This document shows positions 11,988 through 24,820 of a stretch of DNA of 54,516 bases, piece after piece; the stretch's first letter is position 1; each line of letters opens with the position of its first letter. Position numbers and translations under genes: made by a program. The stretch comes from Cercozoa sp. M6MM. Lineage: Eukaryota; Protista; Endomyxa: Ascetosporea. Where the stretch lies: assembly GCA_040357565.1 (NCBI GenBank), contig JBDODJ010000076.1. One strand, 5' to 3'. The notes under the pieces are model-generated. The model was not told the origin of the DNA, ran no database searches, and was given only the letters and a program-made list of their open reading frames with translations.

Positions 11988-14135
11988 TTAACCAGAAGCC
12001 ACGTAGTCATCGGCATAACGAGGAGCGGCGAGAGGATGTCGTTTATTGGAAGGTGGCACAGTGACAATCGTGTTGGGTGCCATCGTGAGTGCGTTTGTCG
12101 AGGTGTCACTCACAGTCTCTGCAGCAGGCACAGGTCCTGCTTGTGTGAGAATGCGCTCAACGCCTTCCTCATACGCTGTTTCATCAACCTCTTGTCCGTC
12201 CATCCTTCTGCAGGTTGTGATTCAGCTGAGTTCAGTTGACAGAAAGAAAGAAATAACTGCTCAGTTACAATCTATCGTCTGCCCAGCCGAGAGCAACGCG
12301 TGCCAACTGTGCTTGAAGTAAGCGGCGATCTCTGCAGGCCCCTTGGATCACGTTGTGTGCCTCTGATAGTTCATCACGCAGCACTGCGATTTCCCATCTG
12401 ATCAGTTTTACAAGGTATCAAACTCCAGTTGCTGGTTTTGGCTACAACTTACCTCTGACGAGCAACAAGATCAGCGGCATCGGCGATGCTCCAGTCGTCG
12501 TGACTGATTGAGCGACTGTGACTATGCAGTTCCTCCTCATCGTCGCTGTTGTTTCTCGTCTTTTTCTCACTTCGCTCGCCTTTTTCGAGTTCGTTCACGC
12601 GACGTCGCAGGCGCTGGATTTCGCGATTTGCTTCTTGCAGTTGCGCTAAGAGACTCTGAACGGCAGCTTCTTTGTCCGACTCGGCTTTCGTGTTTTTCTG
12701 AGTCAAGCAACACGATTACAAAAAGAACACAAACAGCACAGCTGACACAGCTTTCAACAAACTGACCTCAGCAACAGTTCGGATGGTTTTAGCACTGGCG
12801 GCGAAACGCAGCGTTGATAGTGTTTCCCCTTCGCACTGCTTGGAAGGCGACAAGGTCACCAGCAGAGTCTACTTGAAACAATGCTGTTTGCTGATCAACT
12901 AAACTGACCACCGAAAGCACAAAGAAAAAGAAAGAAACTCAGTTATGTTTACAGTTTTGCCGTTGCCCATTCGTTTACTCAGAGAGTTGCGCAGCAAGAA
13001 CGTCAGCACCGAGTCGCGAAATGGCACGTATTTCGCACCTTTTTTCGACAGAGCAGTGACGCACCTGCCAAGCACGGTGAGCGACTGGTTGATCTTGCAC
13101 ATTTCGACCTGTCGCTGCTTGAGCTGAATTCGCAGTTTCCGGTCGTTTCGCTCATGGGCTGACACTGCAAACGAAGTCATAGTGCGCTCGCTCCCGGCGA
13201 GATCCGCCAGATTGAACTCGCTCGTCGTTGTCACAACGCGATCGCCTTTCTTTTCGCGCTGTGTTACGTGTAATTGCACCACGGCGTGGCTGCGAGAGGA
13301 GCGAGCGTTCATGCCTGTCGCATGCGTCGCACGCCTCAAAGCACCTCGCTTTACCTACAAACAAAAAACGTAAAATACAAAGCCAAAGAGCTTTTAGATT
13401 GGCTCAGTACATGGCGCAGGACGTCTTGAGCATTCTGGCAACGTCGTTTGACGAGTCCATCCACCACAACGCTGCCTTCAGGCGTTTCTCGCAGCTTCAG
13501 TCGAGTTCGTTCACTACAAAACAAAGTTAGGTTCAGTTTCTCAAGTCAAATGAAAAACTGACTCCTCCAAGTCCTCATCGCTATCATGACGCAGAAGATC
13601 GTAGATGCGCTCATTGTAGATCTCGAGGAAGGAGAGTTCGACAAAAACACCAGCATTGCTTTTGACTTGCAGCTGCGAAAAAAGCGACCGCGCTGCTCGA
13701 AAGACCAACCCAATACCGTCTGTTTCGGTAATGTTCATCTCCGAATCAGTTGCTTTGCTCGCGTAGGCAAAGTCACTGATCGCCTCATCATCTCCAAACA
13801 TGGTGTGTGTCTTGCCTGATCCTGTCTGACCGTACACGAAGACAGTGGCATTGAACCCGTTGATCACATCGTCCACGGCTTGTTTTGCAACCGCTCTAAA
13901 TTCAAAGCGTAGTGGTGGTACTGGGTAATTTTAGGAATTAAGTTTAAGAGCTTTACTGGTAAGTCTCTCCCTGGGTAGCACGGCGATCCAGCACGCGATC
14001 GAAGCGAAAGGTGTTACTGCCGCGAGCAACTCGGACAGTGTCGCTGCCGTTGGTTTCAAAATCGGAGCACTCACTTTCGTCGCCGGTGAGAGGTCTGACT
14101 CGCGCTAAAACGCGAACACGCACTTCCTTTTTCAT
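11988..14135 (-). CDS. N-terminal motor kinesin with short coiled-coil tail
   Basis: VRVLARVRP, FRFDRV, GFNATVFVYGQTGSGKTHTM, SFLEIYNERIYDLL, NARSSRSH, LADLAGSER, INQSLTVLG, VPFRDSVLTFLL, ETLSTLRFA. Confidence 0.92.
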
Positions 14136-14275
14136 CTCTGCAGCGTATTGGAATAGACCAGAACAGCCAGTTTCAATCAGCTTTGTTTCACTCAGCTTGA
14201 CTTTAATTTAGTCCGAACATCGGCCTAACCGACTGCGAATTGAAGACCGAGTATACCTCACTTTTCAATTGGTGA

Positions 14276-15260
14276 TTAAAGAAAACACAACTGCGCGGGA
14301 GTGTTAAGTCTCTCCAAGTAGCCTTTCTTCTCCATCCTCAAAATGATGCATTCTCTGCCTTCCGTTATTTCGGCCATCGAGTGCAGCAGCTTCTCAGGAA
14401 CGGGTTCATTAATACCGCCCACGTAGACGACTTTGTCGTCAACAAAAATGCGGCGTCGACTCGTCAAAAGATGTCTAACTTATACGAAAAATAAACCGCA
14501 TTTTACATCAAAACCTGCTCAAGTAGAGCAATTCAGACTGTGTACCCACTTTCGTCATGTTTCATCGTCGATACACAGCGAATTGAGGGTGTTCCAGTTT
14601 TCGCATCACCTGGAACAGTCTTCTCGATTCTGACGTTCCACAAGTCAAAGATTTGCTCCGACGCAGACGGAGGCACTTCGGCCGACGGTTTGCGTTTCTG
14701 AAGCACCAGTTGTCGAGGCGAGAGCGAGGGCGAAGCAGATTTGGTTTCGGGCTCGCTGCCATGATAGTTTCGTTCCGGAGGAGGCGTGCTAGGTTCCTTC
14801 GCCTGCGCAACATGGGTTGACACTCTCGGCAGGTCGGCTTCGGGCTCATGGATGTTGTCGTGGTTGCGGAGACTCTTTTCTCGTGGAGTGTCGAACGTTT
14901 CTTGCTGGGTTTCCGATGTCGGATGCTTGGACCTGTGCGTCCTGCGTCGTCGTAGAGTCGAGGAGGCATACTGAGGCTGGAGAGGCGACGTGCGGCTTCG
15001 ACGCGAACGATGACGTCGCCGGCGCTTTCGTTGCGCTGATCGACCTCCGCCGCGTTCTTGAGGAAGTTCTAACTCCTAGGAATCACAGTCAAAATGCAGG
15101 GACAAACAAGTCAGAACACTGTCCCACAAGTGTTTTACCTCGTGCATACGCGAAGAACTTGAACACACACCCATGTTTTCAAGCTCACGTGCTCCCGATC
15201 AGTTTATGGCTTAAGGCTTCAGTATACTGCACAAGATTTAGTCCGAATTGACTGCAAATC
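14276..15260 (-). CDS. Hypothetical protein, Arg/Ser/Pro-rich disordered region plus small C-terminal domain (5' end unresolved)
   Basis: Open exon ELELPQERGGGRSAQRKRRRRH...FDLWNVRIEK, then terminal exon RRIFVDDKVVYVGGINEP... Confidence 0.45.
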
Positions 15261-15347
15261 CGTTTTCAACGCGCTCGGAGATTCAACTGATCGACCAGGT
15301 GCCAGCATCTCCTGCGAACCTCCGCCCCAGTTTCAGCAGTTTTAACG

Positions 15348-18019
15348 ATGGCGCTGTCAAAAGGACGCCAGCGGATCCTAGTAACATTTCTCCAACCTCT
15401 GCGTCTGGACCAGACTGGCTGAACAGTCCAGGTTTGTTCATGTATTTTAGGTGATAACTTGCTTCTCATGTACGGCGCTTACCGTGTTGATCCTGTTCTT
15501 CGCGTTGCTGCGGAAGCTGCATACGGGTATTGGAGTCTCTAGCAAAAAAACTATCCAAAAGGTCAAGAAGGAGGAAAGGCAAAAGAAGGCACAAGAAGAA
15601 GCGGTCCGTCAGTTTGATAGTGCGGTGACTGCCGAGCGATAAGAAATACTTTCAAACGGTTTGTGACTTAGGACAAGGCAGCGAAAGCCACTGGACCTAA
15701 AGTTCAGCAACGCCTGCGTCGCCTGTCACTCCGAAAGTCACCAAGCGGCTCCAAAAGAAAACAGAAAGAACTGACCGCTGTGGGTAAACTACAAAAAAGT
15801 GTCAATCTTTGAGGAAAATGCGACTGGATAACTACAAAATTATGCTTTGGCAGAGAAGGCACAAGAGGATGCTCGGTTGGCTGAAAGAGTGCGCGAGATC
15901 GAGGAAAAGCAGGAAGCCAGCCTCGAGCAGCGCAGAACTTGGATGCTGTTTTTCTTTTTCCTCTTTTGCACTGCGGTTGCTGCGCTGTACTTTGTGACAC
16001 AAAGACTTGCCCTCGACATCATTAAAGATGAGTTTGACACCGAGGCGTTGTTTAATGGCCTTCGTTTCATTCACTTGTAAAAACCCATTTCTTCTCGAAC
16101 TGAGTTCTTTTTCTCGCTTCCAGTTGTCTTTTCCATTCTAAGAGCGACTGCGATCTTTCTGTTTGTTATCGTATTGCTTCGGGGCACATTGGCGTGGTAC
16201 GAAAGTGCCTCGGCGGCGGAGGTCGAAAAAGTCTCTCGAAGAAGTGGACCTGCCTCATTTCGCACACTGAGAGTAAAGAAGGAGGCCTTTCAAGCACAGG
16301 TACAATCAATCACTTGCTTGAGGTTCATTTGGATCAGTGTCCTTTGTTGCAGCTACAAGTTCGCATCGTCGTTCGCCTGCTTTCGTTGCTTGCAGTTCTT
16401 GTTTTCCTCGCAGCTCGTACAGTTTCTTACAAGTTGCAGTTTGTTGCTGAGAAGCTACCGCAACTGGACGCAGTTCTTGCCTCCACGGGGATTCCGATCA
16501 GCGCCATCGTGCCTTCAGGAGCTCTCGTTTTGTACTGAATGTAATAGCTGTTGCTATTGCCGAAAATGTCCTTTGTATGTTGTCGCAGAGGTGCATTCGT
16601 TCTGGCGTTCCAAGGCCTCGTTCAGGACTTGGTGGGAGGTATCGTTCTCGCCTTTTCGACCGACACGATGCTCGGAATTGGAGACTTGTGCGTTCTCTTT
16701 AGCGGTTCTATTTGTTAAACTGAATGATCACGAGTGCCTGGCGCAGCATCTCGGTGGACGGACTGAGTGTGGTCGGAGGCGTCATCGACGTGCATGTAAT
16801 TTACGCGACACCTGAATTTATCTACCCCCAACAAATAGACCACAAGTCTGCAACACTGTAACTAATGTGCGTCAACGCAGTTGAGAGCAACGACACTTCG
16901 AGCAACGGATCGAGCTATGTGGTCAATGCCGAACCGATACTTTATCAACTCGCCGATTTACAACTACTCACGGTACAGTTCCTTCAACTGCTGTACAGTA
17001 CGAACATCGATCGTTGTTTCTTTCAATCGGCTGCAGTCGTGACAAGAGTCAAGTGAAACTTCAAATTCGCGTGTGGTTGCCATCGTCAGCAAACGGAAGT
17101 ACCCGACTGAAGCGATTCGTTGATCGAGTCAACAAGTCGCTGAATGCCACCGACGGACTCGTCTTGGCCGATATTGAGCGTCCGCACTGGGTAGCTATTA
17201 GCGTTAAGTTTATACGTTAAATAATAATGTATAGATACTAAGGGTGCTTGAAATAGATTTGGGTGACCGAGTGGGAGGAACCGGCGCCGATCGCGATACC
17301 TCCACAACGCGGAGGCAATCCTTCTGACGTTGTTTTGGCGACTCCGTTACACCTCGAGGTTCGAGCAGCACTTCCGGCGCCCGTTCGTTCCTTGTTCGAC
17401 GAGGACAAGGCACGCATGGTCATCACCGGCATCGTTTTTGCTGCTGCCAGGTTTGTTGCGAAACTGACCGGTGAATCTTGGCACCACTTCACATTGTTCG
17501 TGTGTCTGTAGCGATGCCGAAATAACCGTCGATATGAGGGAGCAAGTTCCTTCAGCAGTCGAATCAAGTAACAGCAATCATCACACGCGAAAAAGCGCTC
17601 GCAAGAGTGATCGAAGGAGTCGCCGACAGCGTCACAAGAGTCGCGAGCACTCTCTCGAACACGAGGACACTGTACGACGAAGAGAAAGGTGAGTGCCATG
17701 CATGCAGTTGCTACTGTGTCTTGGCTTTAATCTGCAACGTCACCAGGGAGCGACAACGAGAGTACGAGAATCGAGGAGGCGCCGCACGGCCGCTCGATGA
17801 GTTGCTCGAGACTGATGTAAGCTGAACATGTTGCTTGCGTTAAAACAACGAGCGGTATTTCTGTCGCAGCTTGTGCGCTTAAGGCGCCAGTTGGGAGAGG
17901 TCGACTATAGCTACTCCGACGATGAGAACGACGACGCGGATGTTTCCCACTCAGCGCTCACTTCGACGTCACTCACGTTCAGTCCGACTCGCCATCGGAG
18001 TCGGTCCTTCGACAATTGA
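15348..18019 (+). CDS. MscS-family mechanosensitive channel-like protein
   Basis: TM3-like GIPISAIVPSGALVLGAFVLAFQGLVQDLVGGIVLAF..LGIGDL, beta domain ISVDGLSVVGGVIDVHLRATTLRATDRAMWSMPNRYFINSPIYNYSR; extra N-terminal TMs. Confidence 0.85.
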
Positions 18020-18599
18020 AGCCAGTTTCAGTGGCTTTAGTTTGACAAAAACTAAGTTTCAGTTTCGGCACTACAGTCACATCAGTCGACTGAGTCGACG
18101 ACGCGTTTCAAACACTCGCAGTCCACACGGCCTCTAGATACACGAACAACACCAAAATTGTGTCAGCTGCCGGCTGGTCATGAAGTAAACCGGTCTGCAA
18201 CGACCTGGTGGACGAGACCGATTTGGGGGCCCAAAGGGATTCGGAGATGCGTTCCTCCAGACGCTCGTCGAACTCATCGCCCAGCTGCTCGTGGGCGCGA
18301 GCTGAACTGTGCAAAGCCAAGTGCGCCAGGGCTCTAAGAGCTGCCTTAAGCAACTTCAGGTAGCACTGTCCGTGTAAAGCCATTTTTTGAGTAAATGGCC
18401 GTCCGTTAGCTCCGTGTAAGACGCAGCAATAAATATTCCATCGCACAGAACGCATCACGACCCATGCATTGCAAACCTCAACAGCATTGATGTCATTGCA
18501 AAAGCGCTTCGGGGCCTCGTGCCAGGCGTTTAAGTTTCCCCAGAAGGAAAAATCTGCAAACTGATCTTTGACCATACTTCCGGAGGATGCCGTTCGTCA

Positions 18600-19286
18600 T
18601 GCATGTGGTACCAGCCGTGAATGTGTGTTCCTGACAGAGTTTAACGCTGTGTATGTGTGATATAGTAGAAGACGAAAACGACTGGCAAGAGATGCGGCAC
18701 TTCGGGCAGATATCGCACGTCTCATGTGTGTGCCGCATTCTCAACTCATGCAAGGTCTCGACCGACAACTGAAGAAACAGCGTCAAGACGCTGCGACGAC
18801 GACGAAAGATACCGTACACTACCGTGCACTACAATTGATTTCACAGATTCCTGTGTATGTTCTTTCAAATATATAGTCTCGCGAGCCTACTCACGCAACG
18901 TTCAAGAACATTGGGCGGCACCGCTGCTCGGACTGTGCACCCCGATTACGCGTCTCGCGATCAATGTTACAGGTTGACTGAGGTGCGCTTTAAGCTGTTG
19001 TATGTTCGACTTCCCTTGCTGACAAAAGCGATACCGAACTGACAGATACGTGAGTGTTAATGCGCAGGTTGACCCAACCAGCCACGATCACAACCACACC
19101 GAAGAAAGCGAGTCGGACGACTCAAAGTCTGAGGACATCGAGGAGGCAGACGATTCGGACGGTATGTCGCTTGATGATGCGATTCCGAAGCTGACGTCGC
19201 TTTTCGAGAGCCTCGACGTCACCCGCCGGACGATATTGACGATCCAGAAACCATTGTCATCTCAATCGCATTGGTCGTTCGCCTGA
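18600..19286 (+). CDS. Possible hypothetical protein with acidic C-terminus (structure unresolved)
   Basis: Exon-like segments ending TEESESDDSKSEDIEEADDSDG...HWSFA*; no family motif. Confidence 0.3.
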
Positions 19287-19549
19287 GCTTGTCATGCATG
19301 GCCTTTGTTGTCTGGCAGTCGTGTCGCGTGCTGACTTGCACGTGTTTGAGCACATCCAACGCACACAGAAGCGGAAATTGTGAGTAACTCCTGTCGATGC
19401 TAGGACGGAAAACTGAAGTTCATTTAAATGAATATCGGAGATCTAAAGTTCGGCTAAAGGTCGTCGTGTTTACCACGTACGATTTCGCGGTAGTTCTTGC
19501 TGAAGTCGATGCACAACAGTATAATAAATCCAACTGCAACACTGGTAGA

Positions 19550-21207
19550 TTCTTACCGGGCGAACACGTACAGGTGCACAAAAAACTGGTGAATTCGGCG
19601 ACGGGTTGAAGCCGACGCGTCACACAATGGGTCGGAGCTGCGCATCTTCCACGGGTGCGAAAAAAGAACAAGCAACGCAAAAGAATTTTTACCTCAGGTC
19701 GATCTTTTGGTTTTTTTAAGAAAGCAGGCTTTCGTTCGAGTAGCGGGTTGATGCCGAACTTGCGAGCGTTGTTGCACTGAAAAACGTGGTGCAGACGTGC
19801 GTCGCATACCGTAACCTCGTGTTGCGATTCGACGACCGCCGCAACCCGATTTTCCCTTCGGAGAGAAGAAGCAAAGCAACTGAATCAGCTGGTCTGCAAA
19901 CTAAGCACCAATTTACGGTTCTGCAGCTGCCGTGCAGGCATCTCCAACACTGAGTTATAGGCTAAACCTCGCCTCTGCTCGCAAATGACATCCCTGTGCC
20001 TGACCACCTTGTCTGCTTCCTCGTCCGCGCGTTTCGAAGCTGTAGCCGTTCCACGCACCGCCCTGGGCCAGAGCAATAAACATCTCCTCCTGATTAGAAT
20101 TTACAACGTTGACACACTCGGTGGTGTGTCGCCATCGTTCAACAGTTTGCCAGGCGGGCGGTGTTCTGCGTGTAAACTCGCCAACCTGGCGACGTAGCTC
20201 TGCGACTACACGGAATCATCATCACAGAGGCACCTTTTGTCTCGCAGAGAGAACTGACCAGTGGTGCTCGCGTACGGATTTTGTCGTGCCAGCGTCTGAA
20301 TCACGGCACGAGTGCTAAGGTTCTCGTACACCTAAATTTAAAAAACAAATTCAAATTACGGAACACAGAAATTGACAACAAAGCCACGCGGAGAACAAAC
20401 TCACCGCAACAACCTTGGAGACTCGTGCCAACCTAACGCGTTGCTATGCTCGGACATGAACGTTCGTTTTAGAAGGAGACTCGCCACGCCTTCGTACTGC
20501 TCCTGACTCAGGTACCGTACTGACGAAAGACTGCGTGACGTGACTGCTGCTGACTCACGACGAAGGCTCAAAAAGCAGCAAACTGAGTCCAACATGACTG
20601 TTTCTGAGTGGGGTCTAGATCCGACACTTCTGCCTTCTGCCGCCGACGGTGACAAAGCAAATTTAAAATGTATTGATTCTATTACTCAAGAAAAACTAAA
20701 ATTCTACGCCGACACACACTTGCAATCGTTCGATTATTTATTTGCAGCGAAAGCATGTTGTTTTAAATTTGTCCAAATGGACATTTCCATTGGACATTTT
20801 AAAAATAAAGTGAGGACAAGAAACGATGTGTTTCTGCGAAATAGTCCAGAATGTGGTGCTTTATTAGAACAGCCAGATGCTGTGACGGGCACCCACAGTA
20901 TCGATACTTCGGGTGATCGGGGCGCGTGTCTGTTGCTTATAGAGCGCAAGGTGCTCGTCCCGGGCCTGTCCTGTTTCCACCGCTGCAAGTGATGTTCGCG
21001 AGCGCTTGTCGGAGTTGCTGCGGCGCGTTCTTCAAGCTGATCATGAGAACGACACTGAAAGCGATGGGGTACAGTCAGTCTCTTTGGTGTAACTTTTCTA
21101 CAATGCGACAACTGATTGCATTCGCCGTCGCAGCTGCTGGCGGCGGTGATGGCTCTAATCACCGCACTCAGACGCACGCCCCGTCTCTAGAAGTCACAAA
21201 CCTTTAA
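19550..21207 (+). CDS. Possible hypothetical multi-exon gene (unresolved)
   Basis: Open segments RVDAELASVVALKNVVQTC..., 20540-20950 and 20990-21207 with plausible splice sites; no motif recognised. Confidence 0.25.
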
Positions 21208-21333
21208 TCCTGTCAGACACAGGATTACTAACCGTTACGGAACTGAATTCGGCACCGGCATAATTCTGTTTTCCTTACAGCACTGCTGTGATCTTTTCGA
21301 TCAATCAATCAATCAAGCAAAGTGACTGGTCGG

Positions 21334-21676
21334 TCACAAGTCTCGTCTCAGGTCGAACACGTAGAAGGCCGTGCCGAACGGATTCTCGAGGTAGAAGTAC
21401 ACGACGTAGACAATGAAGGCCAATGTCGCAAGGAAGGCCATGTACTTGCTCCATCGCACGGCTGTGCAGGAGGCCCAGTGAAACAGAACACCCCAAGAAA
21501 GTGGCGGTTGTACATCTCCGAATGTGCGCACTCGCGCCTCGGTGCTTGGCCATGCGTCCGTACTGCGCCACACACAGCATCCACAGCACCGGCATCAGCA
21601 CAAAGCCGCCGTAGAAGAGTCTCCGCGCACGCTGCGCATCCGCGCGGGAGGGAGGCGCCTCAAACAGTGCCTCCAT
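21334..21676 (-). CDS. PSENEN: Gamma-secretase subunit PEN-2
   Basis: ARRLFYGGFVLMPVLWMLCVAQY...HIRR|AVRWSKYMAFLATLAFIVYVVYFY resembles PEN-2 (RKYYLGGFAFLPFLWLVN...YVWRS); about 100 aa, one intron. Confidence 0.8.
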
Positions 21677-21860
21677 CTACACACAGAAGAGCGTATTTTC
21701 GGATGCAAATATACAAGAGATCGAGATCGCCAAAAAGCACCCCAATATGGCTGGCAGATCTATGTTATAGGCAAAACACGCGCCGTTCAAGCCTCTATCA
21801 CAAACAGGGAGCGCGAATGCATGCCAGAAAGTTGTCGGCTCGGTTGAGCCGAAAAGTGGT

Positions 21861-21868
21861 TTTCGCGC
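21861..21868 (+). promoter_or_regulatory. E2F-like site TTTCGCGC upstream of kinesin-7-like gene
   Basis: Exact TTTSSCGC match about 170 nt before ATG 22034. Confidence 0.3.
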
Positions 21869-22033
21869 TGTGGGCAACGCCGTGATCTGCACACCGTGCA
21901 AAGCGTGGCTTAGGGGTGTTTGGAGTAGTGTAGGGTGCGATCTGGCCGGCGACAAAGGTCTTCTGTCGTTGAGACCCCAGACGACCCCAGACTGGCGGTC
22001 TGCAGTTCAGCTCCGCGCGTAACCGTGCCAGCC

Positions 22034-24783
22034 ATGGACAACATGGATGCGCACATTGAAGTCGGTGTGCGTGTGCGACCACTATCTAAAACTGAGCTCA
22101 AGAAACGTGCGAGCAGAGAACGCGCTTGGGAGAAGGTCTGCCAACCAACTTGCTTTTGTCGAGTTGACAGGACTGATTTTGCAAGCTTTCTGACTGATTT
22201 TGCAAGCTTTCTGACTGATTTTGCAAGCTTTCTGACTGATTTTGGGCGAAACATCGCGTGTTTTTGGTTTGCAGTGGCGCAAAGCACCGCGATCGACCTT
22301 GCAGCCTCGGAAAGGCGCCCATCCACCGCCTGTCGATGCTTGGAACATTGACTACGAGCGGGTGAGTTTCTGCTTTCTTGGGATTGGCGACAGCTTTGAC
22401 TCAAGTTTGAGTCGTGTGGTGTGCAGCGCAAGATGTGGTTGCGACAGCCAAGGAAATGGACGTCCAAGGCCTTTCTGGAAGAAAAAGACAACGCCAGCGT
22501 CAGTTCGACCGAAGAAGGCGACTCGAGCGATCCTCCCGAGTCGCGAGTGTTCCAGTTGCAGCGACTTTTCACGCCAGACACAACGAATGAAGACATTTAC
22601 AGGTAGCTCCTAGTCCGGTGACTGACTGAATGATGGGTGACATGGGCCTGGTAGGATGCTGGTGTCGCCCATTGTCGAGCAGTGCACGGAGGGCTACAAT
22701 GGCACGATCTTTGCCTACGGACAGACGGCGTCGGGCAAGACGTACACCATCTCGGGCGACGAGCAGACGCCCGGCGTCATGCTGCTTGGACTGCAGCACG
22801 TGTTCAACAACATCTCCAAGCAGACCCAGCGACAGTTTCTGTACTCGACTCTTTTTTCTGTCCCAAGCTATCACCCTTCCCTTCCTGCCCCTCCTTCCCT
22901 TCCTGCCCCTCCCTTCCTGCCCTCCTTCCCCTCCTTCCTATCCTTCTCTCCCTCCCTCCCTCTCTCCCTCCCTTCCTTTAGCATGATATCCTCTGCGCAG
23001 ACTGCGCTGCTCGTATCTGGAGATCTACAATGACAACATTCGCGACCTGCTGGCCAAGAAGAGCGCGTCTCTGTGCATCAAGGAGGACTCGCGCAAAGGC
23101 GTCTACGTCAAGGGCGTCACCGAGTACGTCGTGCGTGACATGGAGCAGGTGCTGGACCTGCTGGAAGTCGGCGCCAGCAATCGCGTCGTTGCCGGCACGG
23201 CGCACAACGAACACAGCTCGCGCTCGCACGCCGTCTTCCGACTCACTATCGAGTCCAAGCGTGTCGAGTACTCCCTCCCCTCCCTCCTCCCCCCACCTCC
23301 TCCCCCACCTCCTCCCTCCCCTCACCTCCTCCCTCCCCCACCTCCTCCCACCTCCCACCTCCCTGTCCCCTTTACTTGCCGTCTTCACCTCCTCCCGTCC
23401 CCCCACAGAACAGATCTGGACGAAAGCGAGATCGGCGGCGATCTGCTCGAGTCGGACGACGAAGAAAACCTCGCGCGTCGTGCTAACCCACGCAGGGAGA
23501 AGGATCGAGGTAGGGACAAGGACAAGGACAAGGACAGGGACAAGGACAGGGACAAGGACAGGGACAGGGACAAGGACAGGGACAGGGACAACGAAGACAA
23601 GGTGCGCGTATCGACTCTGAACTTTGTGGACCTGGCGGGCAGCGAGCGCGCAGCGGCGACGCAGCACAGTGCGCGGCGCTTCCGCGAGGGCGTGCACATC
23701 AACAAATCGCTGCACGTGCTGTCGCTCGTGATGAAGCAGCTGGCATCGCGCTCGCAGCACGTGTGCTTCCGCGACGCCAAGCTGACGCGCATGCTGCAGG
23801 ACGCACTGGGCGGCAACGCGCGCACCGCCATCATCTGCAACGTCACCGACGACTTTGGCAGCGTGGAGACCACGCTGTCCACGCTGCGCTTCGCCGGCAA
23901 CTGCATCAAGGTGCGCAACAAGGCGCGCCGCAACGAGGTCGACGTCGCGGCCTCCATGTTTGCGCGCCACCGACGTCAAATCAGCGCTGTCGAACAGCAG
24001 ATCCAAGCACTCGATGGTACTTGCAGTTTGCTATCTAATACGCCTACACTATGATAGATATCACAATATGTCCATCTAATTAATGTCCATCTAATTATTG
24101 TCGAGATATCGTGTTACCTTGTTTCTATGTTAGTATATCTTGATGTCTATATGTGTGTGTCTATGTGTGTGTCTATATGTGTGTGTGTCTATGTGTGTGT
24201 CTATATGTGTGTGTCTATGTGTGTGTCTATGTGTATGTCTATGTATGTCTATATGTGTATGTCTATATGTGTGTGTCTATATGTGTGTGTCTATATGTGT
24301 GTGTCTATATGTGTGTGTATGTGTGTGTACGCAGAAAAGACACCAGGGGACCTCGCACGGTCGCAGGGCGAGTCGACACCCCCTCAGCNNNNNNNNNNNN
24401 NNNNNNNNNNNNNNNNNNNNNNNNNNNNNNNNNNNNNNNNNNNNNNNNNNNNNNNNNNNNNNNNNNNNNNNNNNNNNNNNNNNNNNNNTGTGTGTGTATA
24501 TATATATATATATATATGAATATATATACTATGTCTATGTATGATATACATTTCGTTATGTCAGTATGTCGGTATGCCTGTGCAGAGCAAGTGCGGTGCC
24601 TGCGACGGCGCAACCGGCAGCTGCGCAAGGTGGCGCTGCAGCAGCTGGCCCAGGAGCGGCAGCAGCGACACCTGCTGGCCGAGCGACTGGCGCAGCTTGA
24701 GGCTCTCGCCGTCCTAGCTGGCAATGCTCCTCTCACCACCACCACAACCGCTGCCGCTGCAGTCACTACGCACTCTCCTATGC

Positions 24784-24820
<37 letters not shown>

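Noticed and set aside
15432-15450. Ultra-short 19-nt intron GTTTGTTCATGTATTTTAG
   Set aside because: A normal-length intron from GTAACA (about 15381) to the same AG gives a clean start MALSKGRQRIL|VITCF
22978-24006. Long antisense ORFs (also 3384-3929, 50688-51671)
   Set aside because: Shadows of GC3-rich or repetitive coding sequence on the opposite strand, with no independent motifs
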